This document shows positions 24,601 to 39,069 of a DNA stretch of 64,000 bases, in pieces. The notes beneath the pieces are model-generated. The model was not told the origin of the DNA and did no database searches. It was given only the letters and a program-made list of their open reading frames with translations. This DNA is from Nitrospirales bacterium (lineage in GTDB: Bacteria; Nitrospirota; Nitrospiria; Nitrospirales; UBA8639): contig CBDBCZ010000017.1 of assembly GCA_965203295.1 (NCBI GenBank), positions 384,001 through 448,000 on the forward strand, written 5' to 3'. Made by a program: the position numbers and the translations under genes. Every line of letters starts with the position of its first letter. Within the stretch, counting starts at the first letter, position 1.

Positions 24601-27471
24601 GCTTTAATCAAATGTGTGGCTATAGAATTATTCACAGTGATTGCTTGTGCGCATACATACAAATGCATGCAGTATAGTATGCAATTTATTAATATGAATA
24701 TCATAACATTGATAACTCATTGTCACTGACCTCAAGCACTAAACATGCATGTAGTAAATGGCATTTAGGCAAGCTTCACATACCTGTGCACTCTTCGAAT
24801 TCGTTTAGAGAGACATCTGGAAACTCATCACACTGTGGCAGCTGATTGGAGCCAAAAAGAGCATTAGCAATAGCAAACTCTTCAGCACATATTCCTTCAG
24901 TGACCGCCCTACACTGTTGAGATGAGGGAAGGTAGAGTTTTCTCCTGTGATTATCGCACAAACCAAAAATGGATGTACATAAGAATTGCGGAGCTATTTC
25001 GTTGCATTCTGGACTTGGATTTAGAAATGGCAGTGCATTTATTGCAGTTTGCGCTACCAGCTCTGATTCCTCTTGATTTTGATTAGCTGGGATAAATACT
25101 TCGCTGCCACCATCACCAAAAAGACAATTCTGCAATGCTTGCAGAGTAGCTCTACATACATCTCCCGAGTAAACTTCTGGGATGCAGAAAGTAGTATTTC
25201 CCTCGTCACTTCTGCTTGGAGTATTGGTGGTATTCGTATCGACAACTTCAACAACATCCTACATAGATTATAGAGAAACATTAATAGGCTACTGAAAGAT
25301 CAGTTGGTGAATTCTTTAGCAATTGGCCATCCCATTTACAAGGACTGTTAACCACTCTCGGCCAGGGTCGTTACTGGCATAGGCCGTCTGACCGTTTGGC
25401 AGACTGTCTACTGAGAGTTTGGGAGAAAAGCAGAAGGGGCCAATTGCTGCTTTTCACAGGGTAAGACCATTAACTCTTTACCAACCAATAACGCATATAT
25501 GCGTCATGAGCTCCCATAAGCCCATATGAATTCATATGGGGGTTTTAATACTAGGCGTTAATACTTTGTATAGGATTTTCTGCTTTTTTAAGCGGTTTCT
25601 TATGGTTGGTAAAGGGTTAATTAATGGTGGCGACGACTGTGCCACTCCTGGTGTGTACTCATCCTGAGCACTGATGCTTGGAGGGTAAGTGAAGGACAGG
25701 AGGCTTAGACTCCTGTCTTGCTCCCAGGCCCTCTTCTGCTTTCATCACACTGAGGTTTAGGAAAGACCTCAGTGGAGGAGTAGTTACTTAATTATAGTGG
25801 GTCGGAAGAGCAAGAGGTGGGAACAAAATTAACAGAGCCTGTACGTCACAAGGCTGCATGTAGCTCAGTGAAAGTGCGCCATGAACACGTGACTTCCCGT
25901 GACTAGATTCATACCGGGTTTCATGGAAATCTTTTAGTTGGCCCCGACCCTTATTGCTTCTGCTATTAACTCGGTTTAACATTGTTAAATTTCATGCAAC
26001 TATCAGCATAAGTACAGTAGCCTTTCCCATACCATGCACAAATGTCCTTCTCCACTATATGGTTACCTATACTATAAGTCTAGAACTTATACTGAGAAAG
26101 CATATTTGCAAAGTGTCCTTAATACAAAGATAAGTCAAATACGTGATTCCTGTTCCTCCACATCATGGCAAAGGCTACATTCCTTGGCCAATTAAGGGAG
26201 TGCTTGTCGCTCACATCTGCATGCTTTTACCATACTACTGACAGCTGGAGTTGACAGTAGGGACATGCATATTATTGGAGAATTTCTTTAGGAGTACATG
26301 TAGTAGGTGCATTCATAAATAATAGTTAAAGGACAGTTTGGGTGAGGTGATTTAAAGTTCGAGGCAAAGCCAAGGAGTTTAACCACTCACCCAAACTGTC
26401 CTTTAATAATTGTACATTGGTATAGCAATAATCTCTGTACATGTATGTGGCCCCCTTTCAGTTTTATAAGCTCCATGGGAAAAAGTGGTTGCTATGGTAA
26501 TGTACATTAATGCCAGAATATATAGTAGGTGATTGTTTTGATAAAGCCAGTCTGTAGGGCCTCCCAACTTGGCCACTCCCTATTTGCCTACACGCTCAAT
26601 ACTTCAACCATCTGAGGTTGGGCCTTGGCGGCAACACATGTGAGACCAAAACATCACTAAGGAAAAGTAGAATATATGTGGCTGTGAATTCCATCAATAA
26701 TTCCAAAGCCAAGTGTAGTGAAGCAGAGGAACTCACTATGACTGGTACTTAAATGTAGAAACACATCAAAAACTCAGTCTGCTACATATGCCTCGTGAAA
26801 ATATGAATAATGCATGATAGGAATAATAGGGCAAATAAAAGAATGCAGGCTCTAAACGTTTTTTATTAACTAAACACAAATTGCGAAGTAGTACTAAAAC
26901 AACACAACGGCCGTATAATATACTAAAAAAAAAAACATTGGCTGGGGATAGTCTATCGAGCTAGACCTCCTCCACGCAAAGCTTGAGTAAGGGTTTAGCA
27001 GAGGTTATTAGTATTCATGACTAGCTGACCAATCAGATTTAGTAGCGGATTCAGCTACTGTACTACACATGGTGCAACCTGCGGTATTAGTAAAGTATGT
27101 GCTACGTTGCTACAATAGCTGTGAACTATGAATACTGAATCTGCTAGAGCTTTGCGTGGAGGAGGGTCTAGCTCCATAGACTAGGCCGGGGAAGGCTTGG
27201 GTAGCCCAGGGCTGGACTTGTGAGGTTAATTTTTGATCAGAGAAGGTATCATAATTTTGACTTTTACCTCGGATAATCCAATAATGCTGAACACAGCTGG
27301 TAGCGACAGTAGTCCCCAGAGAACGACGAGCACTATACACAACACCGCTATATCAATACGTTTCCTGTAATTGACTCTGGGTTTTGCCGCCCGTTCTTCG
27401 GCAGCTGAAGTGGGCACAAACACGTTGTAGCTTTGCAAGGTCTTCAATCCGATTTCTACCGAGCTATCCAT
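21687..27471 (-). CDS. Frizzled/Smoothened-like receptor, copy 2 (apparently intact; extra exon-4 acceptor in intron 3)
   Basis: The same six exons lie in ORFs 27226..27471, 24776..25135 (exon extends to ~25258), 24185..24406, 22976..23242, 22321..22794 and 21687..22199. Confidence 0.8.
25474..25616. mobile_element. piggyBac-type MITE
   Basis: TTAA|CTCTTTACCAACCA...TGGTTGGTAAAGGG|TTAA: TTAA TSD and C(C/T)C...GGG termini. Confidence 0.75.
26949..27183. mobile_element. Non-autonomous TIR element (TAG...CTA, 9-bp TSD) in copy 2 intron 1
   Basis: TAGTCTATCGAGCTAGACCTCCTCCACGCAAAGC / GCTTTGCGTGGAGGAGGGTCTAGCTCCATAGACTA; TSD GGCTGGGGA / GGCCGGGGA (one mismatch). Confidence 0.85.
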
Positions 27472-28278
27472 GTTCCAAAACGTTTATTAAATAGCGCCAG
27501 GCATGCGCCACCCACCAAATTTCGCCCACTGGGACCACTGTCTTAATTACTGTCATGTGACACAATTGACGTTTGGTACATAATTACACTTCACTGTTCA
27601 GCTGTCATTTAATGTCTGCAGCAGCATTATTTTGATAGCTCAACAGTACATACGTGTATTTCACAATCAGTCATTCACATGCTGTGATAGGCTCATGTGT
27701 GGATAGGCTACCACTGTAGTGTGCACAATGCGGTGTACTGACAACATGCAGATTCCAATTAGAGTACTATAATTTATTCACAGTCAAATCGGTAGATTTC
27801 AAAATTGCAATATATCATGCACAGAAGATGGTGATATAAAACCAAGTCAAATATGAGGCAATATTCTAGAGAAATGATATAAAGCGAACCAACATTAGGA
27901 AACATCCTCAATTATAATTCCTAACCTGTACAACCAACTGAAAAGTGTGAAAGACATAATCATTATAAGAGACATTCTAGAAAAGCTACACAATGTAGTG
28001 GCAGGCTTTTAATTCCTGTACAATACTCACTGTGACTAAATAGCTAACCAAACACAGGAATACAGAGAGGAGCACCAGTACTAGTCACAATACATGTAGT
28101 ATCAATATACAGTATGAGGCAAGTAGGTAACAAATACCTACCTATACTACTAAGAATGCAATCAAAGACCTACTTATTGCATAAAACAGCAAATAACTAA
28201 AACCATGCACAGTGATACATTACATGCATAAAAATACTAATAATTTTTTTGAAACATTTAATATGTAGGGCACCTTTG

Positions 28279-31200
28279 TTACAGTGTAGAGTTTTGATGC
28301 ATACTACCGCAGTTACATTGCTTGGATATAAACTTTTTGATCTTGGCAATTTCTACTACATAGATTAGATTAACAACGGGATACATTGCAATGACTACTA
28401 AGCCAAGGTTTACTGGCACCTCAGTTTCCAGTCTCTCATAAGTTCTTTCGCATATTCTTCCACCAGGGGCTTCGCATGACAAATAACCCTCCAGTTCTGT
28501 ACTGAATATTCTGCCCACAGTACCTAGCGAAGACAATCCTAGAGTACACCCAAGGCATATTGCATAGTAGATAAACGTGATGAGTATTTTGAGTTCGGCT
28601 ATACTCATCAGAAGAGACGAACGCAGCACTGCTTTAAAACTCTGTAGATGAAAAAATAAAGTATAGATGCAGCAATCATTATTTGTCTGCTTATGAATCA
28701 ATGTGCATGCTGCACTCCTGTATACCCGAGTTGATAAAATGGATGCAATATGCATGAAGTATCTAAATATACATGCTAGAGGTTTGCAGAATATACATGG
28801 CATTGTATAGCCATATGTACTGTTACTGTAACATATGTAAAACACTGCTCAGAGCCTAATCCCTATTCGGAAATTGATAATAAGAAGGACCTCAAAGCCT
28901 ATACGCCACCACATCTCTACATTGTACAGGTGCATGAAGGCTTAAATATTAAACACTTATTTTCTTGAAAACAAAATGTAATTACCTTTCCACCTTGCTC
29001 TTGTCTCTTCTTTCGAAAGAGTCGTATTATTACCCACAAAATGATGGCAGTGAGGGAGAGACTGATGGCCAGTGCAATGCAGGCAGGCCAAACAATGCCA
29101 TATGTGATAACGCTGGACCCTGGGTAACACAACACGGGTGGGAACCGCTCAAAAATTCCTCGGTCAAAGGCTACAATTATAGCAATCCATGGTAATATCA
29201 GAGCCAAGAGTAGCATTGTCAGGTGGACGTACTTGTGGTAACCTTTAAGTTTATAAGATCTTGCATGAAATGGAAACAACACTGCCCAAGACACTGACAG
29301 AATATGAAAGGAAGTAAACATAGCAAGCAGCAGAAGGGTGTAGATGAACATAATAGCTGTGAGCAAGAGCAAGATATAATTTCATCACACAAGACATAAA
29401 CATAGCTTTCATTACATTGAATACAGGCTGTACAACAGGTATTTCACTATATAATGTTGTATGCAGCGTACTGTTACAGATCTGATTGAACACACTGTGG
29501 CTCATGCACATATTAAATTGTGTAATATTTATATACCAGTTGGCAGTGCATTACAGGATAGTGCGCAAGGACAATTAAGTAACAGTCGAGGGCGGATAAT
29601 GCACGAACCATGCATTATCCGCCCGAGACCATTACTTAAAATGTCCGAGCGCACTAATTAGTCCCGTAATGCACTGCCAACTGGTATATAAAAGTATTTA
29701 GTGCTCTCACTGACCTGAGACAGCCACAGTTCTGTTAGGCGTTATTCATTAAGCGATTTAATGCACGGTCATGTGATCAATTTTGAGACTTCTGATTCAT
29801 CAAAGGTCACGTGAGTAGCATTAATGTAACCTTAATGTAATGGCAAACCTTGAAACTTGCAAAAAGTTGTTGGATTTTGAATACTCTCGCCCAGGTCTCG
29901 AAACTGGCAGAAGAGAGCCTTGCGGTCAAAGTATCCCACTAACACAGTCAATTCCAGAAGTCCCAATGTGGCAGTGCCGTACACAATGAAGATTGATGGA
30001 AACTTCAATCTGAAAATAGTTGGAAACATCTCAGAATCTCGAACATTGTTCCACATATCCACCTGCTTAGGGTTACATGTAGGTCTAACCTCTTTCAAGA
30101 GTATTTATAGACACTACAATTATTTTCCAGCAAAATTACAATCTGCATGTGGATGCTAATTACAAATTATAATCTATTATTATGGCGGCAGAGTTGGAGC
30201 ACTGCATGGCAGGAGTATACTCACACATTCTTGTAGTGAATGCAGGAGAGAACCAGGAGCACTGCCGCACCAATAAAGAAAACTGTCGCAGTTATGATCA
30301 CCATCGCATCAATGGGAATGTACTTGCCATAGGAGAATGCCTCCCACACTCCACACTCGGGCCTGCATATCCCATCCAGGTCCCGGTAGAAGCCACCACT
30401 GCACAGTATTGGCTCGGGAAGACCTGCACTAGTTGTGTTCACTGAAATAAAGAGAGTAGCTATATTATACAACGTGCATAGTTTATACACTTGGTGTGCA
30501 TGCACGTATTGTGCAAACTAACGTGTCGTGGGAAATAACTAGGCATGATATTATTTACTGACAGCTATGAGCCTATTTTTTTTGGAAAATCAGGAATTTT
30601 AGTTTTACAGGTGGAGTAAAAGCTTTTTTTAAGGGAGTAATGTTTTGCTGACTGTAATGCCTTATTGTATACAGTCAGTCCTCACTAGCAATACTCATGC
30701 GCGATAACATCCATTCAATTGGCATTCATGCAAGCTTACACACAAACCTATGCACTCTTCGAATTCGTTTAGAGACACATCTGGAAACTCATCACACTGT
30801 GGCAGCTGATTGGAGCCAGAAAGAGCATTAGCAGCAACAAACTCTTCAGCACATATTCCTTCAGTGACCGCCCTACACTGTTGAGATGAGGGCAGGTAGA
30901 GTTCTCTCCTGCGGTTATCGCACAAACCAAAAATGGATAAGCACAAGAATGGCGGAGCTATTTCGTTGCATTCTGGACTTGGATTTAGAAATGGCAGTGC
31001 ATTTATTGCAGTTTGCGCTACCAGCTCTGATTCCTCTTGGTTTTGATTAGCTGGGATAAATACTTCGCTGACACCATCACCAAAAAGACAATTTTGCAAT
31101 GCTTGCAGAGTAGCTCTACATACATCTCCCGAGTAAACTTCTGGGATGCAAAATGTAGTATTTCCCTTGTCACCTCTGTTAGAATTATTGGTAGTATTTG

Positions 31201-33140
31201 TATCGACAACTTCAAGATCGCGATCCTACATAATATATTGGAATCAGATCAATGTAGCGAATTTCTTAGCATCTACATGCATGCTTTTTGCCTAGTCTCG
31301 CGGGCCAGACTTCACTTCATTAGTTCACAAGTTCCTTGGAAGGAAGTCTGGCCCGCAAGACTAGCTATTTACCATAGCTACAGTTGACAATTTAATATGA
31401 TATGGTTGAGGAGTGGGGCATTGGCATGCAGGCTTAATAGTAGATATTAAAATTTATATGCTAAGCCGTACTAAAGGCTTGAATAGCCTGGGCCTGGACT
31501 TGGCATACAAGCTGTTACAGACAGTACGTTAGCATGGACATTAATTTTGTATAGGGAATGCAGGCACATGCACACTCGTAAACTAGTGATTAGCTTACAA
31601 ATGAAGCACTGTAGCCAGCTTTAAACCAAACGGTTAGCCTCCTAGCCCCTAACCAAACCCTAATCCAACCCTAACCCTAACCCTAACCCTAACCCAAACC
31701 CTTAAAATGCTAGTCTCTAACGGAAATTCTTGGGATGAGTTTGATCAGAGAAGGTATTAGTCTCGCGTGACCAGACCCTTGACGGAAAGTTAGAGTCTGG
31801 CGAACTGCTTATACAGCGGTTGTAGCTCTGGAATGCTTTTATATAAGCGTTTAATGTACATTACCATGGTAACCACTTTTTCCCACGCTTATAGCACTCA
31901 AATGAGGCCACATACAGGGATCACTGCTATACCAATGTACATTAAATCAGTTAAAGGTCAGTTTGGGTGAGGGGTTACAATCCTTGGCTTCACCTCGGAC
32001 TTTAAACTCCCCTCACCCAAACTGACCTTTAACTATTCCATATAGTTAAGTGTGTGCGAATCACACGCGGTTGTGGTTTGCATGTAGCCCTGCGGCCTAG
32101 GCTTGAGATAATTATGCTCCAAATCTTTGCAATTATTCTATTCTCCAATTCTTTGATTTTATTGCTATTATGCTCCCAGTTTTCTGCTACTATTGTCATA
32201 TTATTCTCAAGTTATAGCTGTTGCTATACTGTAACACTCTAGGAAAGACAACTAGACATTGACATGTTGACACTAATACATCAGCCACCCAATCAGACGT
32301 GCTTGACACAACCAAAGACCATCTATTGAGTGCCCAGTCCTCCTGCATTGCTGGCCGGAGGGCAGGGCTGGCTCACTCATCCGGGCGTGCGCCGCATAAA
32401 AAAAAACCCTGAGGCTTGCTATACATACTATTCTGGAATTATGCTTTATGCTACAGTCTTGCTATTATTATTCCAGCATAATTGTCTCAAGCCTAGCCCT
32501 GCCATCGCCTTGGCTGAAGCCTTACTAAAGTGGCGCTGGTTAATTATACGTGACGTCAGAGAGTCTGGTCACGCGAGACTAAAAAGTATGAACCCGTACA
32601 TGTACCTAGTCTCGTTCCCAGACCCTCCACACAAGCCTCGTCGAAAATTAGGGAAAGGTAGGAAAGGAAGGAGGGTCTGGTAAATGGGCATTGCAGCATG
32701 CGCGGCAGAGGACGCGCGTTAAGTAAACAGCCAGCCAAGTGTTGCAGACGCAGCGCATATGGGTTCCCGCAAACATGCAATTAACGCCAATAATTACGTT
32801 TTAATTGCTCCGCCAACATTCCGGCGGAGCGGCGTGAAGTAGTAAGCGCATTTACCAGACCCTCTTTCCTTTCCTACCTTTCCCTACTTTTCGACGGGGC
32901 TTGTGTGGAGGGTCTGGGAACGAGACTAACATATACCTCGGTTAAATCAACGATTCTGAACACAGCTGGTAGCGACAGTAGTCCCCAGAGAACGACGAGC
33001 ACTACACACAACACCGCTATATCAATACGTTTCCTGTAATTGACTCCGGGTTTTGCCGCCCGTTCTTCGGCAGCTGAAGTGGGCACAGACGCGTTGTAAC
33101 TTGTCAAGGTCTTCAATTCGATTTCTACCGAGCTATCCAT
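28279..33140 (-). CDS. Frizzled/Smoothened-like receptor, copy 3 (apparently intact)
   Basis: Exons lie in ORFs 32874..33200 (ATG of MDSSVEIE at 33140), 30695..31099, 30221..30505, 29832..30098, 28917..29372 and 28279..28845. Confidence 0.8.
31758..32928. mobile_element. Two adjacent TAG...CTA TIR elements (31758-32581 and 32607-32928) in copy 3 intron 1
   Basis: TAGTCTCGCGTGACCAGAC...GTCTGGTCACGCGAGACTA, and TAGTCTCGTTCCCAGACCCTCCACACAAGCC...GGCTTGTGTGGAGGGTCTGGGAACGAGACTA (TSD ACATGTACC / ACATATACC). Both are absent at the equivalent position in copies 4-6. Confidence 0.85.
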
Positions 33141-34355
33141 GTTCCAAAACGTTTTATAGCGCCAGGCACCACGCCAACCAAATCTCCCCAACTGGGTCAC
33201 TATAAAATATAATTATACTTCCGGAAGTATACATGTATTATATTATCTATGCTATATATAATATTAACTGTCACGTGATGCAATATACCCACATATACAT
33301 GCACTTTCTAGCACTCCACTGAAATTTAATGCTCGTGCACTTGAGATCTGAAGTGTTAAACAGCTGCATGCACTTGGGGACCTTAGGAATATAAATGCAA
33401 ATGTTGCTATCACTGTGTGAAGTTCTTATTAAGAACTTCACACCGTGATAGCAACATTTGCATTTATTTTTTATTTGCATGGTGTCATTATTTTTACAGT
33501 ACATATGTTTTATTAAAAGGGTAGCCATCTATTATTGGACAAGTCTGTGCTGTATTTGTGCAAGTCCGTAGTATGAGCCAAATACAAGCAAGATGATTTC
33601 ACTCACTGTTCTTGGAACTACATGTATAGTGTGCACAATGTAGCATGCTGACAACAGATTCCATTAAAGTATTAATTAATCACAGTCAAATCAATGGTTT
33701 TCGAAAATGTGCTCAGAATCTAAACAGGTGCTCCTTAAATACCATAGAAAATGATGATATAAAACCATGCAATATTTTCTACAGGAATGATAATATAAAG
33801 GGAACCAACATTAAGCAACATCCTTGACAATCCTAACCTGTACAGGAAATCTAATAATAAACTGAAAAGTGTGAAGGGCGCATAGCTATCTGACATTCTA
33901 GAAAACTCTATACAAAACTTAACTAAATAAGGAAACTGAACCACATATGTACAGACATACAGAGAGGAGCACCAGTTAGAATATGATCAATATACACTCA
34001 GTCTATGAGGTAGGTAAGCAATACAACATCCTACCTACTACTGGCATAAATCTAACACATGCACAAAATAATACTAAATAAGAAATTCCTTAGTTTTAGT
34101 TCACTGAAACTAAAAACAGTAAGTGTTTTAGTAGGAGCAAACACAGATTTTATTAGTTTACTTGGGTATAAACTACAAATATTTTTTCACCAACATCAAC
34201 TCATTCACATGTTATGGTTAACTAATACTAATAAAAAGTGTTTAGTAACCCTTTTTCCGTTTATTGTTGGCTAACTAAAACTTAATCTATTAGTAAGCTT
34301 TTGCTCTTTAATAGCCTTGCTACTAAAATTAAATAGAAGCCATACTAAAACAACA

Positions 34356-37300
34356 CTATTGCACATGCACCTGTGTTACTGTGGAGCTATGCTGCATACA
34401 TGCACTACCACACTTACATTGCTTGGATATAAACTGTTTGATCTTAGTAATTTCTACTACATAGATTAGATTAACAACGGGATACAGTGCAAAGACTACT
34501 AAGCCAAGGTTTACTGGCACCTCAGTTTCCAATGTCTGATACCTTCTTTCGCATACTCTTCCACCAGGAGCTTCACATGACAAGTAATCTGATAGTTCTG
34601 TACTGAATATTCTGCCCACAGTACCTAGCGAAGACAATCCTAGAGTACACCCGAGGCATACTGCATAGTAGAGAAACGTGATGAGTATTTTGAGCTCAGC
34701 TGTACTCATCAGAAGAGACGAACGCAGCACTGCTTTAAAACTCTGCAGATGGAGAAAAAAATAATGTATTATTACGCAGCAATCATTATTTGTCTGCCTA
34801 TGAATCAGTGTGCATATTGCACTCCTGTACACCTGAGGTGATAAAATGCATGAGGAAGTATCTAAATAATATTATACATGCTAGAAGTTTGCAGAATATA
34901 GAGCCATAATATGTACATATGTATACATGCAACACTGTGCTCAGAGCCTATTCCCTATTTGGGAAGCTTTGATACAAGAAGGACCGCAAAGCCTTTATAC
35001 CACCACACCTCTGCAGGTGTGGGCTTGCACTTTAAATATTTAACCCTTATGTCTTGAAAAAAGTACTTACCTTTCCACCCTGCTCTTGTCTCTTCTTTCG
35101 AAAGAGTCGTATTATTACCCACAAAATGATGGCAGTGAGGGAGAGACTGATGGCCAGTATAAAACAGGCAGGCCAAACAATGCCATATGTGATAACACTG
35201 GGCTCTGGGTAACACAACACGGGTGGGAACCGCTCAAAAACTCCTCGGTCAAAGGCTACAATTATAGCGCTCCAAGGCAATATCAGAGCCAACAGCAGCA
35301 TTGTCAGGTGGACATACTTGTGGTAGCCTTTAAGTTTATAAGATCTTGCGTGAAATGGAAACAACACTGCCCAAGACACTGACAGAATGTGAAAGCAGAT
35401 GAACATAGCGAGCAGCAGAGGGGTGTAGATGAACATAATGGCTGTGAGCAAGAGCAAGATATATAAACTGATCATGCAAGACATACTAAACATAAACATA
35501 ACAGGTATAATGTTGTATGCAGTGTACTGTTAAACGACACAGAGAAACTGATTGCATGGACACACTGTGGCTCATGCACATTATTAAATTGATGTAACCT
35601 TAATGTAATGGCAAACCTTGAAACTTGCAAAAAGTTGTTGGATTTCGAATACTCTCGCCCAGGTCTCGAAACGGGCAGAAGAGCGCCTTGCGGTCAAAGT
35701 ATCCTACTAATACAGTCAATTCCAGAAGTCCCAATGTGGCAGTGCCGTACACAATGAAGATTGACGGGAACTTTAATCTGAAAATAGTTAGAAACATCTC
35801 AGAATCTTGAACACTGTTCCACATATCCGCCTGCTTAGGGTTACATGTAGGTCTAACCTCTTTCAAGAGTATTTAGCTATAGACACTACAATTAATTTCC
35901 AGCAAAATTACAATCTGCATGTGGATGCTAATTACAATGTTTAATGCTTTCTCATTAAAATTCTAATCTATTATTACGGCAGCAGAGTTGGAGCACTGCA
36001 TGGCAGGAGTATACTCACACATTCTTGTAGTAGATGCAGGAGAGAACCAGGAGCACTGCTGCACCGATAAAGAAAACTGTAGCCATTATGATCACCATCG
36101 CATCAATGGGAATGTAAGTGCCATAGGAGAATGCCTCCCATACTCCACACTCGGGCCTGCATATCCCATTCAGATCCCGGTAGAAGCCATCATTGCACAG
36201 TATTGGCTCTGGAGGACCTGCACTAGTTGTGTTCACTGAAATTAAAAGAGAGTATAAAGAGAGTATATTATACTATATATTAAAAGTATACAACGTGCAT
36301 GGTTGATACACTTGGTGTGCATGCATGTGCTGTGCAAACTAATGTGTCGTGGGAAATAACTAGGCATAATATTTATTATTCACTGACAGCTATGAGCACT
36401 ATTTTTTATGGAAAATCAAGAGTTTTATTTTTACAGGTGGAGTAAAAGCTTTTTTAAGGGAACAAGGTTCTGCTGACTGTTTGCCTTATTGTATGGGTAA
36501 AATAAACCACATGCAGTCAGTCTTCACAAGCAATACTCATGCACGATAACAATTCAATGGCATTCATGCAAGCTCACACATACCAACGCACTCTTCGAAT
36601 TCGTTTAGAGACACATCTGAAAACTCATCACACTGTGGCAGCTGGTTGGAGCCAAAAAGAGCATTAGCAGCAACAAACTCTTCAGCACATATTTCTTCAG
36701 TGACCGCCCTACACTGTTGAGATGAGGGCAGGTAGAGTTCTCTCCTGCGATTATCGCACAAACCAAAAATGGATAAGCACAAGAATGGCGGAGCTATTTC
36801 ATTGCATTCTGAACTTGGATTTAGAAATGGTAGTGCATTTATTGCAGTTTGCGCTACCAGCTCTGATTCCTCTTGGTTTTGATTAGCTGGGATAAATACT
36901 TCGCTGCCACCATCACCAAAAAGACAATTCTGCAATGCTTGCAGAGTAGCTCTACATACATCTCCCGAGTAAACTTCTGGGATGCAGAATGTAGTATTTT
37001 CCTCGTCACCTCTGCTTGGAGTATTGGTGGTATTTGTATTGACAACTTCAACATTTGGATCCTACATAGATTGGAATCAGATCAATTTAGCGAATTCCTT
37101 AGCATCTGCATGCATGCTTTTTGCCTAGTCTCGCGGGCCAGACTTCACTTCACTAGTTCACGAGTTCCTTGGAAGTGAAGTCTGGCCCGTGAGACTAGCT
37201 TTTTACCATAGCTAGAGTAGACAGTTTAATATGTATGGCTGAAGAGTGGAGCATTGGCATGCAGGCTTAATAGTAGACTAAAATTTATATGCTAAGCTGT

Positions 37301-37758
37301 ACTAAAGGCTTGAATAGCCTGGGCCTGGACTTGGGATACAAGCTGTTACAGACAGTACGTTAGCACGGACATTTGTGTAGGGAATGCAGGCACATGCACA
37401 CTCGTGAACTAGTGATTAGCTTACAAATGAAGCACTGTAGCCAGCTCTCAACGGTTAGCCTCCTAGCCCCTAACCAAACCCTAACCCAACCCCAGCCTTA
37501 ATCCTAACCCTAACCTAACCCAAACTCTAAATCAGAGAAGGTATGAACTCGTACCTCGGTTAAATCAACGATTCTGAACACAGCTGGTAGCGACAGTAGT
37601 CCCCAGAGAACGACGAGCACTACACACAACACCGCTATATCAATACGTTTCCTGTAATTGGCTCCGGGTTTTTCCGCCCGTTCTTCGGTAGCTGAAGTGG
37701 TTAGAGACACTTTGTAACTTTCTACGTTCGTCAAGCCGATTTCTACCGAGGTATCCAT
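34356..37758 (-). CDS. Frizzled/Smoothened-like receptor, copy 4 (apparently intact)
   Basis: Exons lie in ORFs 37510..37758, 36564..36935, 36015..36236, 35600..35866, 35047..35499 and 34356..34832. Confidence 0.82.
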
Positions 37759-39069
37759 GTTCCAAGCGTTTTATAGCGCCAGGCACCACGCCCACCAAAT
37801 TTCGCTCATTGCATTGGGGCACCAGTCCCGTGCCCAGACGGTCCGGGCACGAGACTATTGGCGCACGAGGGCTTAATAGTTCACTAGACAGTCATTTGAC
37901 GCATATGACGTAACCATGTTCAGCTGTATGATCATGAAATACACAGGAATAAAGTCGCATGCGTGATTGATAGAGTCCCATATTGCCTTCATTTACTTGC
38001 TCACTGGAGATTCATGAAGTTTGTACCCCGTGTGCACCTTTTAGGATGAATAATATACTTGCGTTAGCAATCCACTAAAATTTAATACCCATGCATCTTG
38101 AGATCTGAAATGTTAAAAACAGTAACAGTTGCATGTAGCTGTGGACATTAAGGATCTTGTTATAGTGCTAATATTTAATAATTGAACACCTCACACGTAC
38201 AATCATTATGTTTGCATAATATTGTATTTTTTATTAGCCATGTATGCTATTTAAAATTATTTATTAGTAACTCAGCAGTACACATGCGTATTTCACAATC
38301 AGTCATTCGCATGCTGTGATACGTAGGCGGATAGACTACCACATAACTAGTGTGCCCAATGCAGTGTGCTGACAACAGATTCCAATTAAAGTTTTAATCA
38401 CAGTCAAATCAATTAATGGTCATAGCACAATGTGGCGCTCTTTCGATACCACAGAAAAATAAAGATGATGATTCTAAAAAATTGAATTACAACCAACATT
38501 AAGCAACATCCTCAATAATCCTAACCTGTACAGGAAAATTTAATAATCAACTGATTCAGAAATGTGTGAAAGACACACAACAAAATTTAATGTTCTAGAA
38601 AACTCAGGGCAGGCTGTACAAACTCAACAAAAAAACTACAGTAACTAAACTTAATACAGAAATGCAGGGAGGAGCACCAGACAGAATATTATCAATAATA
38701 CAGTGTGAGGTAAGTAGATAAGCAATACAACATCCTACCTACTATACGCAATCAGTGACAAAACAGGAAATAACCAAAACACCACAGTGATACATTAACC
38801 TAACATGTGCACAAATAGATAAGGAATCTCAATGTTTTAGGTCACTGAAACTAAAAGCAGTAAGTGTTTCAAAACAGATTTTAGTTAACTAACTTATTTG
38901 GGAATAAACTACAACTACTTTTTGCACCAAAACAACTCATTCAGTTACAGTTAACTAATACTAAAAGTGCTAATTCAGTTAGCCATTTTTTTGGTTTAGT
39001 TAGTCAACTTAAACTAAACATAAACTTTTTTTTTTTAAAAGCTAATAAAAGCCATTCTAAAACAACATA

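Noticed and set aside
37769..37776. TATA box (TATAAAA) before the ATG of receptor copies 3-6
   Set aside because: Only ~10 nt from the ATG, so transcription would start inside the CDS, and it is not conserved in copies 1, 2 and 7; more likely 5' UTR sequence.
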